64,000 bases of DNA, taken from a bacterium. Lineage in GTDB: Bacteria; UBA8248. Where the stretch lies: the NCBI GenBank assembly GCA_963692865.2, contig OY843592.1:3776001-3840000 (forward strand). Direction: 5' to 3'. The notes beneath the pieces are model-generated. The model had not been told where the DNA came from. It searched no databases and saw only the letters and a list, made by a program, of their open reading frames with translations. Both the position numbers and the translations under genes were made by a program. Positions 29,140 to 38,628 of this stretch are shown here, piece after piece (the first letter of the stretch is position 1; each line of letters begins with the position of its first letter).

Positions 29140-29964
29140 ATGAGCCGCTGGATACAGGAACTGACCTGGCCGGACGTGGCGGAATACCTCGAGCGCGCGG
29201 ATACGGCGCTCGTGCCCGTCGGCGCCACGGAGCAGCACGGGCCGCACTGCCCCATCGGAACGGACGCGGCCGAGGCCATCGCGACCGCGGAAGAAGTGGC
29301 CGGGCGGGCGGACGCCCTCATCGCCGCGCCCCTGTGGTTCGGGTGGTCGCCCCATCACCTGGGCTTTCCGGGAACGATATCCCTCGCCGCGGATACGCTG
29401 ACGCGCGTCGTCGAGGACGTGTGCAACAGCCTCGTGGTTCACGGCTTCCGGCACATCGTGATCCTGAACGGGCACCGGGTCGCGAACCTCCCGCCATTGG
29501 AGATCGCCGTCGTGCGGGTCAGGAACCTGACGGGCGCCGCCGTCGCCGTCGTGGACCTCGCCCTCATCGCCGGGAAGGAGATTCGAGACGTCTGCGAGAG
29601 TCCCCCCGGAGGCGTGGGCCACGGGTGCGAATCCGAGACCTCCTTCATGCTCTACAAGTACGGCGAGCAGGTGAAGATGGAGCGCGCCGTGGACGCGATT
29701 CCCGAGGTGGGCGATTTCGAGCGCCGCTTCGTGTCCGTGGACCACGCCGTCAACCGGGTCGAAAACCCGAAACTCTCCTTTCCGCCGACGATAGAGGAAT
29801 ACGGGAGCAACCGGGAAGCGATGGGCGTCGGCGGCGCGGCCACCCTGGCATCGGCTGAGAAGGGGGAGAAAATCTTCGAGGCCATCGCGGCGAACGCGAC
29901 GAGATTCGTCAAAACCTTTCAGAACGTGTCCGTCTCCATCAAGGCGACCGCCCCGCCTCTTTAG
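29140..29964 (+). CDS. Creatininase/amidohydrolase family protein
   Basis: PVGATEQHGPH, D, SPHH..FPGT, NGH, HGCESETS, G.A..ASAEKG. Confidence 0.9.
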   Translation: MSRWIQELTWPDVAEYLERADTALVPVGATEQHGPHCPIGTDAAEAIATAEEVAGRADALIAAPLWFGWSPHHLGFPGTISLAADTLTRVVEDVCNSLVVHGFRHIVILNGHRVANLPPLEIAVVRVRNLTGAAVAVVDLALIAGKEIRDVCESPPGGVGHGCESETSFMLYKYGEQVKMERAVDAIPEVGDFERRFVSVDHAVNRVENPKLSFPPTIEEYGSNREAMGVGGAATLASAEKGEKIFEAIAANATRFVKTFQNVSVSIKATAPPL

Positions 29965-29968
29965 GGAG

Positions 29969-30790
29969 GTGTTGAAAAACCCCTCCTCGCTCGGATTGAC
30001 CACCGCCGTTATTGTCGTTTCTATTGTAGGGGCCGCATATCATGCGGCCCGGCTTTTTCGCCTTCACAATACGGGTCGCATGATATGCGGCCCCTGCAAT
30101 CGAGATTGCACGCCGTCATTCCGGCGCATGCCGGAATCCAGGGACTTTGCTTTGGAATTCGTCTTTTCGCATATTGTTTTTCATGGTCGTCCTGCGGTTC
30201 GAAATTCACCTCGGCTCTGGATTCCGTCGAACCCTCCCTCCGCGGTCGGCTCCGACACCGGAATGACGAGCAAAACCGTCGAACCCTCCCTTCCCGGTCG
30301 GCTGCATTCGCCGAATCGCGAAATCAGGTGTTTTTCAACAGCCCCTTGTCAGGAGGGGTATAACAAGGCCATGTATCCGCGCTCGGTCGGCGACGCGATG
30401 ATCCCGTAGGGGCGGACCTGTGTGTCCGCCCGACTCCGGAACAGGGTTTTTCAACATCCTCTTGTCAGGGGGTATAAAAAGGCGATGTGCCCCGCCGGGT
30501 AGAGAGGCTTTTTCTTCTTACCCCCTGACAAGGGGCTGTTGAAAAAGCCCTCCTCGCTCGGATTGACCACCGCCGTCATTGTCGTTTCTATTGTAGGGGC
30601 CGCATATCATGCGGCCCGGCTTTTTCGCCTTCACAATACGGGTCGCATGATATGTCGGACATATATGTCCGACCTACGGGTAAAACGTGGTTGATCCGAG
30701 AGGGACAGGTTTTTCAACAACCCCGACAAGGGGGGGGTTGCCTTTATCGGGTTTCCCCCTCAAGGGGGAGGGAGGGTTGCCTTTCCGGGG
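29969..30790. repeat. Large REP/MITE mosaic with internal duplication
   Basis: ~115-bp module at 29971 repeated at 30538; multiple REP and CCCCTTGTCAGGGG modules. Confidence 0.9.
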
Positions 30791-30853
30791 CGGCGCCCCT
30801 GGTGAAGCCGATGAGGCCGCCGCGCATCGCCGGGAATCCGGCGACCGGCTTTC

Positions 30854-32005
30854 TCAGAATATATCTTCCGCGATACTCCCCGCGACCCGTTCCGCCGCCT
30901 CGTGCGCGGAATCGCGCGCCAGGTGCGCGTAACGCGCCGTGGTCTGTACGTGGGCGTGGCCGAGGAGCTTCGCGATGACGGGGAGTCCTTCTCCCAGCGC
31001 GAGCGCTCTCGAGGCGTAGGAATGGCGAAGGTCGTGGAGCCGCACGTCGTCGAGGCCCGCCCGCGCGCGGACGGGCCGCCAGACGTGATCGAGGCCGCTC
31101 AGGCGCGCGCCCGGCTTCCTGCCGGGAATGACCCAGGGATTCCCCTCCGCCCGGGGGAGGGCGGCCAGGAGCGCGACCGCCTGCGGCGGAAGCGAGACCA
31201 CCCGCGCGCCCGTCTTGGAGTCCGGCAGCCTCAGCTCGCCCTCGTCCAGCGCCACGTCCTCCCAGCGGAGAGCGAGTATTTCGGACTTCCGGCACCCGGT
31301 CAGCATGAGCAGGCGTATGGCGGCCAGAGCGGGCGCGGACGCCCCGCGCTGATTCTCCATCTCTTCCAGAACGGACCCCAGGCGCGTGAACTCCTCATCC
31401 GTCAGGAACCGCTCCCTCTTGCGTTCGGGGTATTTGACGATCAGGCGGCAGGGGTTGCGGCCCTCGGGCGCCAGTCCCCAGTTCTCGGCCAGCCTGTACA
31501 TCGCATGGAGGATTCGGACGACCATGTTCGCGACAACGGGCGTCTCGCACAGGCTCTGGTGCAGTTCCGTCACCCGCGCCCGCTCCAGCGCCATGATCGG
31601 CGCCTTGCCCAAAGCGGGCACGATGTGCTTCCGCACGACCGCCCTGGTCTTCGCGGCGGTGCCCGGCTTGCAGCGCACCGAGACGTATTCGGTGAGATAC
31701 CGCTCGGCGAGGGCCGCCACGTTGGGCCCGCCCGCGGGCTTCAGCCGCTTCGGAATCGCCTCCTCGCCCGCCTTGATACGGGCGATGATGAGCGCCGCCC
31801 TCCGGCGCGCCTGCTCGGCGCCGATCACGCCGTGGCGGCCCACCGCCACCCGCCTGGGTCCTCCCGGGCCCCGCGCCTGGGCGACGTAGACTTTTGAGCC
31901 GGTGGGGTAGACCCTGACGCCGAAGCCCGTGAGGTCCCCGTCCCAGAACACCGTATCCTTGTGAACCGCCAGCTTCTCGACCGCCCGGTTCGAGAGCGTT
32001 TTCAT
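30854..32005 (-). CDS. Tyrosine recombinase/integrase with N-terminal arm-DNA-binding domain (copy 2)
   Basis: FWDGDLTGFGVRV arm domain; catalytic TGCRKSE, DSKTG, HDLRH, LGH, TARY. Confidence 0.92.
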   Translation of the reverse strand: MKTLSNRAVEKLAVHKDTVFWDGDLTGFGVRVYPTGSKVYVAQARGPGGPRRVAVGRHGVIGAEQARRRAALIIARIKAGEEAIPKRLKPAGGPNVAALAERYLTEYVSVRCKPGTAAKTRAVVRKHIVPALGKAPIMALERARVTELHQSLCETPVVANMVVRILHAMYRLAENWGLAPEGRNPCRLIVKYPERKRERFLTDEEFTRLGSVLEEMENQRGASAPALAAIRLLMLTGCRKSEILALRWEDVALDEGELRLPDSKTGARVVSLPPQAVALLAALPRAEGNPWVIPGRKPGARLSGLDHVWRPVRARAGLDDVRLHDLRHSYASRALALGEGLPVIAKLLGHAHVQTTARYAHLARDSAHEAAERVAGSIAEDIF

Positions 32006-32022
32006 AACGGGCTTCGCCGTTC

Positions 32023-33201
32023 TCACCCGACGTTCCCGTTCGTCAGGTGGGCGCCGATGCTCCCCCCCACCCGGGTGGCCGCCTCCTTCTCTGCCTGGAG
32101 CATCAGGTGCGTGTAGCGCGCCGTCGTCGTTACCGTCGCGTGCCCCAGGAGCTTGCCGATCGTGTAGAGGCTCTCGCCGAGCGCCAGAGCCCTCGATGCG
32201 TATGAGTGCCTGAGGTCGTGGAGCCGCACGTCGGAGAGTCCCGCCCGCTCCCGGAGGGGCCGCCAGTAGTAGTGAAGACCCGTGAGGTTCTTTCCCGGCT
32301 TTTGTCCGGCGATCACCCACGGGTTGTCCGGCTGCCGGGGCAGCTTGTCGAGAACCCCCCGCACGGGATTCGTCAGTGGAACCATGCGGGGACCCGCCTT
32401 GGCGTCCCTGAGCCTGAGAACTCCCGCCGTGCGGTCCACGTCGTCCCATTTGAGGTTCAGTATCTCGTTCCTCCGGCACCCGGTCAGCATGAGGAGCCTG
32501 ATCGCCGTGATCGCGGGCGGCCAGACTGAGCCCGCCGCCTCGGCGTCTTTGAGCGACCGGCCCAGGCGGCGGTATTCCCCGGGTGTCAGGAACCGCTCGC
32601 GCGGGCGCGTCCTGTAGAGTGATGGTCTTCTGCACGGGTTCCGCCCGGGCGGTACCAGGCCCCACGCCTCGGCCAGGTTGAACATCCTGGAGAGGAGATG
32701 GATCGACGTGTTGGCCCGGCTCGGCGTATCGCGGAGGCGGTGATGAAACGCGGCGACTTCCGCCCGTCCGATCCGGCCCGGCGCCATCCCGCCCAGGGCC
32801 GGCAGGACGTGCTTGTCCAGTATGGCGCGGTACTCCACGACGGTGCGCGGCTTCAGGTGCCTTTCCACGTAAACGCGCATGAAGCGCTCGGCAACCGCCG
32901 CCAGGGTGAGCTCCTCCTCGGGCGGCTTGCGTCCGGGGTCTTCGCCCCGCTTGATGCGGTCGATGACGAGGGCGGCCTGCTTCCTCGCCTCCCCGGTCGA
33001 CAGCGCCCCGTGCCGCCCTAAAGTCACGCGTTTTATCCCCCCGGGTCCCCTGGATTGCACCACGTAGGCCTTCCTGCCCGTAGCGTGGACGCGCACCCCG
33101 AAGCCGGCCAGGTCCCGATCCCAGAAGAGGGTGTCCCGGTTTTCGGTTTTGAGCGCGTCGACGGCGCGCTTGGTGAGCCTGAACTCGCTTCTCCTGGGCA
33201 T
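32023..33201 (-). CDS. Tyrosine recombinase/integrase with N-terminal arm-DNA-binding domain (copy 1)
   Basis: FWDRDLAGFGVRV; TGCRRNE, DAKAG, HDLRH, LGH, TARY. Confidence 0.92.
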   Translation of the reverse strand: MPRRSEFRLTKRAVDALKTENRDTLFWDRDLAGFGVRVHATGRKAYVVQSRGPGGIKRVTLGRHGALSTGEARKQAALVIDRIKRGEDPGRKPPEEELTLAAVAERFMRVYVERHLKPRTVVEYRAILDKHVLPALGGMAPGRIGRAEVAAFHHRLRDTPSRANTSIHLLSRMFNLAEAWGLVPPGRNPCRRPSLYRTRPRERFLTPGEYRRLGRSLKDAEAAGSVWPPAITAIRLLMLTGCRRNEILNLKWDDVDRTAGVLRLRDAKAGPRMVPLTNPVRGVLDKLPRQPDNPWVIAGQKPGKNLTGLHYYWRPLRERAGLSDVRLHDLRHSYASRALALGESLYTIGKLLGHATVTTTARYTHLMLQAEKEAATRVGGSIGAHLTNGNVG

Positions 33202-33218
33202 GGCCCCCCTCGTTGAAC

Positions 33219-33329
33219 ATGTCATCAAAACGCATACCGGCGGCGTCAATCGATATCGCGTTTCCGCATGAACAGGCGTGGTCTCTCCCGCCTGATATGT
33301 CATCAAAACGCATATCAGCGGCGTCAAAT
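33219..33329. repeat. ~31-bp direct repeat (period 78 bp) upstream of the integrases
   Basis: ATGTCATCAAAACGCATACCGGCGGCGTCAA at 33219 and ATGTCATCAAAACGCATATCAGCGGCGTCAA at 33297. Confidence 0.85.
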
Positions 33330-33466
33330 ATGGGCGTATTCAAGCATAAACACGGCGGTAAACGTTCGGCGACAGGGTGACGGCCTGCTTTTCTCATCCC
33401 GGATAATCGAGGAGATTCCCTTGCGGGGGCTGGTAACGAGATTCGACATGTGCTAATCATGTCGGC

Positions 33467-35821
33467 ATGAAGATTTGCACGGAAGATGTTCAGGCGGAAG
33501 TTTCGTTGGTCGAGAGGCCGGATGACCCACGGCCTCATCCCCCCGGGTTGCCCGCAACCGCAGAGGCGTACTGGCGTTCGCTGTACGAGCGGGAGCGTGC
33601 GCGCGCGGAGGCTGCGGAGGCGCGCTGCGAGGAGTTGCGGTGGAAGGAAGCCGATTCCCGCTCCCGTGCGGGCAGGCTGAAGCGGCAGTACGACAAGTGC
33701 CGGAAGAAGCTCGAGGCGGCCGCCGGGGAGGCGAAGGAAGCCCGCCGCGCGGCGAAGGACGCGCTGTCGCTCAAGGCGGAAGTGGAGCGGCTGGAGAAGC
33801 TGCTCGCGGAAGCGGGGGTCGAGCCGCGCAAGCGCAGCCCGCTCATGTCGTTGCGCATGGAGGTCGTCCGGCTTCGCAAGGAGCTCTCGGGCGTGCCGTC
33901 GCCGGGAGAGGCGGAGCGGGTGCGCAAGGCCCTGGAGGAGCGCAGGGAGACGATTCGCGCCCTGCGCAAGGAGGCCGGCCGGCGGGAGAAGGAGATTGTC
34001 CGGCTGGAGGAAGGATTGGCCCGGGAGAAGCAGAAGTCGGCGGCTCACAAGGAGACCATCCGGGAACTGGACGAGGAGGCCATCGGGCTCTACAGGAAGT
34101 TGCGGCGATTGCGCGACCAGGCGGAGGTGGTCGAGTCGTTGTCCGCGGAGGTCTACCGTCTTAAAGTCTCCCTCGGTGCTGCGGACATCGCCAGGGAACG
34201 GCTGAAGGCGCGGCTGTTGCGCGCGATGGAGGCGGCGCGCTCGAGGCCGCCGTCGCGTGGGGACGAGGAACTGCGCAAGGCCCTGGGGAGGTCGCGTCGT
34301 CAGAAGACGGCGCTCAGGTCGCTGTCCCGGGAGAACGCCCGGCTGTCCAGAGCGCTCCGCAGGTCGGAGACCCGCCGGGCACGGCTGGAGGCCGAACTCG
34401 CGAAGCTTCGCGCCACCGGAGCGGCGCTGGCGAAGAGGCTGTTCGGGCGCAAGAGCGAGCGGCAGGAGAAGCCGCGCTCGGACCGCAGGCGCGGCGGGCA
34501 GCCCGGCGCCCGGGGCCACGGGCGGACTCCCCGGCCCGCGCTCGATGAGAAGACCGAAGTCCGCAACCCGCCGGCCGATGCGCGCGTCTGCCCCTGTTGC
34601 GGGCAGCCCTACGCGGCCAACGGCGCACGTGTATCGAGCATTATCGAGATCGAGGTCTCGGCCCACAAGCGCGTCATCCACCGTCCGAGGTGGCGGCGGG
34701 GGTGCGAATGCGCATCGTCTCCCGCCGAAGTGTCGGCGCCGCCCGCGCCGCGCCTGTTCGCGGGTACGCCTTACGGGACGAGCGTGTGGGCGCTCTTCCT
34801 GTTCGAGCGCTACGCCTGCTTCCGTCCGCTGCGCCGGGTCGCCGCGTGGCTCTCCGACCAGGGGCTCCCGATCTCGGCGGGCACGCTGGGCGACAGCATG
34901 CACCGGTTCACGCCGCTGTTCGAGCCGCTGGCCGGGGCGATCCTCTCCCGCCAGAACGAGGCGGCGCTGCGCCACGGGGACGAGACGACCTGGCGCATAC
35001 AGTCGCTTCGCGAGCAGGGACGCTCGAGCCGCGCCTGGCTGTGGACGTCGGTCAGCACGGACTCCGTCTACTTCCACGTCGACCCCTCGCGGTCTGCTGA
35101 GGTCGCGATGAAGCTCTTCGGCGCGTCCGGCCGCCATACGGTCCTCGTCTGCGACCGCTACAGCGCCTACAAGAAGCTGGCGCGCGAACTCGACGGCGCC
35201 GTAATCCTGGCCTTCTGCTGGTCGCACCAAAGAAGAACCATCATCGACTGCGCCGCCGGCGAGGAGCGGCTGACGCCGTGGGGCGAGAGATGGATCGGGC
35301 GGATTGCGAAGCTCTACCGCCTGAACGATGCGCGCCTGGCCCGTTACGACCCGGGCGCCGAACGACAGGGCGCGGCGTTCGACGCGGCGCAGACTGCGCT
35401 CGAGAAGGCGCTCGATAGCCTGTTCACGCAGGCCCAAAGTGAACTGGCCGCCTTGCCGGCGCAGGCGCCCGAGGGCAAGGCGCTTCGCTCGCTGCTGAAC
35501 CACCGCGAGGGGCTGAGCGTCTTCCTCGAGCGCCCATGGGTGCCTATGGATAATAACCAATCGGAGAGATTGCTTCGGGGTCCCGTGATCGGCAGACGCC
35601 TCTCGTTCGGCTCCGACAGCGAGGCCGGCGCCCGGTTCACGGCGATGATGTACTCCGTCCTCGGTACGCTCTCGTTAAACGGCATCGACCCGCTCCGCTG
35701 GCTCGATGCATGGCTCACGGCCTGCGCGGAGGGCGGCGGCCGGGCGCCCGGTGACATCTCGTCCTGGCTGCCCTGGTCGATGAGTGAGGAGCGCAGGCGC
35801 GCCCTCAAGGCGCCGGGATGA
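33467..35821 (+). CDS. IS66-family DDE transposase (TnpC-like) with long N-terminal coiled coil
   Basis: LFGRKSE, GQPGARGHGR, CPCCG zinc ribbon, GDET, VCDRYSAY, CWSHQRR, DNNQSERLLR, WLPW. Confidence 0.92.
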   Translation: MKICTEDVQAEVSLVERPDDPRPHPPGLPATAEAYWRSLYERERARAEAAEARCEELRWKEADSRSRAGRLKRQYDKCRKKLEAAAGEAKEARRAAKDALSLKAEVERLEKLLAEAGVEPRKRSPLMSLRMEVVRLRKELSGVPSPGEAERVRKALEERRETIRALRKEAGRREKEIVRLEEGLAREKQKSAAHKETIRELDEEAIGLYRKLRRLRDQAEVVESLSAEVYRLKVSLGAADIARERLKARLLRAMEAARSRPPSRGDEELRKALGRSRRQKTALRSLSRENARLSRALRRSETRRARLEAELAKLRATGAALAKRLFGRKSERQEKPRSDRRRGGQPGARGHGRTPRPALDEKTEVRNPPADARVCPCCGQPYAANGARVSSIIEIEVSAHKRVIHRPRWRRGCECASSPAEVSAPPAPRLFAGTPYGTSVWALFLFERYACFRPLRRVAAWLSDQGLPISAGTLGDSMHRFTPLFEPLAGAILSRQNEAALRHGDETTWRIQSLREQGRSSRAWLWTSVSTDSVYFHVDPSRSAEVAMKLFGASGRHTVLVCDRYSAYKKLARELDGAVILAFCWSHQRRTIIDCAAGEERLTPWGERWIGRIAKLYRLNDARLARYDPGAERQGAAFDAAQTALEKALDSLFTQAQSELAALPAQAPEGKALRSLLNHREGLSVFLERPWVPMDNNQSERLLRGPVIGRRLSFGSDSEAGARFTAMMYSVLGTLSLNGIDPLRWLDAWLTACAEGGGRAPGDISSWLPWSMSEERRRALKAPG

Positions 35822-35825
35822 CGCC

Positions 35826-36698
35826 GTGATCGAGTGCCGCTACTACGGACGCGACTTCACGAGCGAAGAGATGGCGCTGCTGCGCGCGCTGATCGCAGGC
35901 CCCCCGGCGCTCAACCGCCACGCGCTCTCCAGGGAGTTCTGCCGGCGCATCGGCTGGTACAAGCCCGACGGCGGGCTCAAGGACATGATGGCGCGGGTGA
36001 CCATGCTCGCCATGGACAAAGACGGCCGGATCACGCTACCCCCGCCGAAGTGGCGCCAGAACCGGCCCGGCCCGATCGTCTTCGGACCCGACACCGAGGC
36101 GCCCCTCATCCCGGCGCCCGGGACCCTCGACGAGGTACGCCCCCTCGATATGCGCATCGCCGTGCGCGGGACCCGCGAGGGCAGACTCTGGAACGAGTTC
36201 GTCGCCCGCTACCACTACCTCGGCTACAAGACCCTCGTCGGCGCCCAGATGCGCTACGCCGTCCTCGACCGCGGCGGCAGGCCCCTCGCCATGCTCGGCT
36301 TCTCCACCGCCGCGTGGAAGCTCGCCCCGCGCGACGCCTTCATCGGATGGACGCCCGAATTGCGCGAGAAGAACCTCCCCCTCGTGGTCGACAACCCGAG
36401 GTTCCTCATCCTGCCGTGGATCAAGATCCCCAACCTCGGCTCCCACATCCTCGCCATCGTCCGAAGGCGCCTGCCCGGAGACTGGACCGAGCGCTACAAC
36501 ACGACCCCCGTGCTCATCGAGACCTTCGTCGAGACGCCCCGCTACACCGGCGCCGTATACCGGGCCTCGGGATGGATCCGCGTCGGAACCACACAGGGCC
36601 GTGGACGCTACGACAGGCACAAACGCTTCGACAAGCCCAGGAAGGACGTCTGGCTGAGACCGCTCCGCAACAACTGGAAGCACGTCCTCAACCGCTGA
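35826..36698 (+). CDS. DUF4338 / Druantia DruA-like domain protein (IS passenger)
   Basis: HYLGY..LVGAQMRY, RDAFIGW, VVDNPRFLILPWI..PNLGS, DW..RY...PVLIETFVE, G..YRASGW..VG.TQGRG; GTG start assumed. Confidence 0.82.
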   Translation: MIECRYYGRDFTSEEMALLRALIAGPPALNRHALSREFCRRIGWYKPDGGLKDMMARVTMLAMDKDGRITLPPPKWRQNRPGPIVFGPDTEAPLIPAPGTLDEVRPLDMRIAVRGTREGRLWNEFVARYHYLGYKTLVGAQMRYAVLDRGGRPLAMLGFSTAAWKLAPRDAFIGWTPELREKNLPLVVDNPRFLILPWIKIPNLGSHILAIVRRRLPGDWTERYNTTPVLIETFVETPRYTGAVYRASGWIRVGTTQGRGRYDRHKRFDKPRKDVWLRPLRNNWKHVLNR

Positions 36699-36862
36699 AA
36701 CAACTCCCGTCACCCTGTCGCCGAACGTTTACACACGGCGAGCGCGCAAGAGACAACGGCCAGGAAAATATCAGCTTAAAATAAATGATAACAGATATTT
36801 ATATTAGATGAGCGCGTTCAGCCGCATCAGCGCCGGAGCGGCGAATTCATTTCAACCTTACA

Positions 36863-37221
36863 TCTATTCTTTGGAGAAAGACGGAATGGCGCGGCCATTT
36901 TCGCAGGCCGGAAGAGTGTTTGCGCAACCGGTTTTTTATCCGGTTCGGTTGATAAATATTTCTCGATGCGCAGGGCGACATTGCAAGAGAGGGGGTAACC
37001 GGAGAGCGAGAAGCCCTGCAATGGAAGCAAAAGAAACGCGAATGAAATCAAGGACATCGAACATGAAGGAACGCGGCAACATTTTTTCAACCTCCAGTGA
37101 GGAGAAATACACAATGAAGAAACTTCTGCTAGCTTTATTCGCGCTGACGCTGCTCGTGGCGTTCACCGCGCCTTCCTACGCGGCCGACTTCAAGTACAGC
37201 GGCTGGTTCCGGGTGCGCGGC
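36863..37221. repeat. Right arm of ~360-bp inverted repeat (leader + 5' coding of porin paralogs)
   Basis: Nearly identical to the reverse complement of 15714-16072. Confidence 0.93.
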
Positions 37222-38331
37222 ATCGGCCAAGACAACCTGGACGGGAATGACGAGGATGACGACAACCGGAACAACATGGACTGGCTTTACCGCCCGAAAT
37301 TCACGGCGAAGAGCAAAAACGTCACCGCGATGTTGGAGTTCAATCTAGGCGGCGACTTCGAAGATGGCCCGGACGGTGCCGGCAAGCGGCCGGCGGTGTC
37401 CGTCAACAGATGGTTTGCCGACCACGCCATTCCGGGCAGCGCGGTCCGCATGCGTTGGGGCAGGTGGGACTTCGCCGGGCCGGACGGGGAAATCTTCGAC
37501 AACAACGGCTGGCACCGCGAACAAGGCATCGCGCTCTACGGCAAGCTCAGCAAGAACGTCTCGCTCAGCATGTTCCACACCAAGGAGATAGACGACAAAG
37601 GCCCCGACAACGAGGACAAGGCGGATTACTTCGCCAGCCTCTCCATCAAGGCGAGCCCCGCTCTCACCCTCACGCCGTGGGCGGCCAACTCCCGGGACGG
37701 AGCGGACGACAGCTACAACTACAGCTACCTCGGCCTGCACGCCAAGGGCAAGATGGGCGTGATCGGCCTGAACGCCTCGGGCGTCTTCCAGAGCGGTGAC
37801 CTCACCGACACCGAGGAGATCTCGGCCTGGGCGATCCTGGTGCGGACTACCAGCAGCTTCGGCAGGATGAAGCTCACGGGCCACCTCACCATGCTCTCCG
37901 GCGACGACAACGCCGCGGACAACGAAACCAATACATTCAAGTTCCCTTCAGGCGCCGGCTCGATCCACGGCGGCCTCTTCATGAGTTCGCGCAGTTTGGC
38001 GGGTTATGGCGCTCACTACGGCAGGAACCTGTCGCATTTGAACGGCGCGGTCGTGGTGGGAGTCTCGGTCGATTACAAGGTCTCCAAGACCTTGATGTTC
38101 CGCGGCGCCGTGTACTCCCACAACGCCGCCGAGAGTTCCACAGCGGCCGGCGCGGACGACGCGAAGGACTTCGGCACCGAGCTCAACGCGGGCCTCAAGT
38201 GGCAGATCTACCCGAGCCTCTATCTTGCCATGGATGCCGGCATCATGATGCGCGGCGATTACGGCAAGACGGCCAGCCAAGAGATCGACGACGCCTGGAT
38301 GGCCGCATGGCGGTTGAACCACAGCTTCTAG
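37114..38331 (+). CDS. Outer-membrane beta-barrel / porin-like protein (paralog B)
   Basis: Identical signal peptide to paralog A; shared strands (YGKLSKNVSLS, LTLTPWAANSR, NASGVFQSGD, DDAKDFGTELN); C-terminal Phe. Confidence 0.82.
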   Translation: MKKLLLALFALTLLVAFTAPSYAADFKYSGWFRVRGIGQDNLDGNDEDDDNRNNMDWLYRPKFTAKSKNVTAMLEFNLGGDFEDGPDGAGKRPAVSVNRWFADHAIPGSAVRMRWGRWDFAGPDGEIFDNNGWHREQGIALYGKLSKNVSLSMFHTKEIDDKGPDNEDKADYFASLSIKASPALTLTPWAANSRDGADDSYNYSYLGLHAKGKMGVIGLNASGVFQSGDLTDTEEISAWAILVRTTSSFGRMKLTGHLTMLSGDDNAADNETNTFKFPSGAGSIHGGLFMSSRSLAGYGAHYGRNLSHLNGAVVVGVSVDYKVSKTLMFRGAVYSHNAAESSTAAGADDAKDFGTELNAGLKWQIYPSLYLAMDAGIMMRGDYGKTASQEIDDAWMAAWRLNHSF

Positions 38332-38372
38332 CAGCATGACGGACGTTCGCGTCCCATCCTGACGCGAAACCG

Positions 38373-38402
38373 ACCGGGGGGCTTCGGCCCCCCGGTTTTT
38401 TT
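38373..38402 (+). terminator. Rho-independent terminator of porin B
   Basis: ACCGGGGGGC-TTCG-GCCCCCCGGT followed by a T run; identical to porin A terminator. Confidence 0.9.
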
Positions 38403-38628
38403 GGTATCCGGCCGTTTCGCGCTGCCCACAGAACATAAGTCGGTCGGCGACAAGCGGGGGAAGCGCAGATGTTCGTACGACCGACATGCTCCGCAAAAGG
38501 GGAGGAGTTTCGTCCATGAGAGACGCCGCAATGCGGGCGGCCATCACGCCGAGGGATGACCAGTCAATTCGAACCCGGGATGTCGCCTTGCCCGGTCCGG
38601 GATTTTTAACCGAGAAAGGAGTCGCTCC

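Larger units (their letters stand above)
33358..36732 (+). mobile_element. Complete IS66-family element carrying a passenger gene
   Basis: Perfect 26-bp TIRs GTAAACGTTCGGCGACAGGGTGACGG (33358-33383; reverse complement at 36707-36732); 8-bp TSD ACACGGCG at 33350-33357 and 36733-36740. Confidence 0.95.

Noticed and set aside
30854-35560. 1568-aa minus-strand ORF suggesting a giant integrase fusion
   Set aside because: Only the last 383 aa are an integrase; the rest is off-frame to integrase 1 and antisense to the IS66 transposase, crossing an IS boundary.
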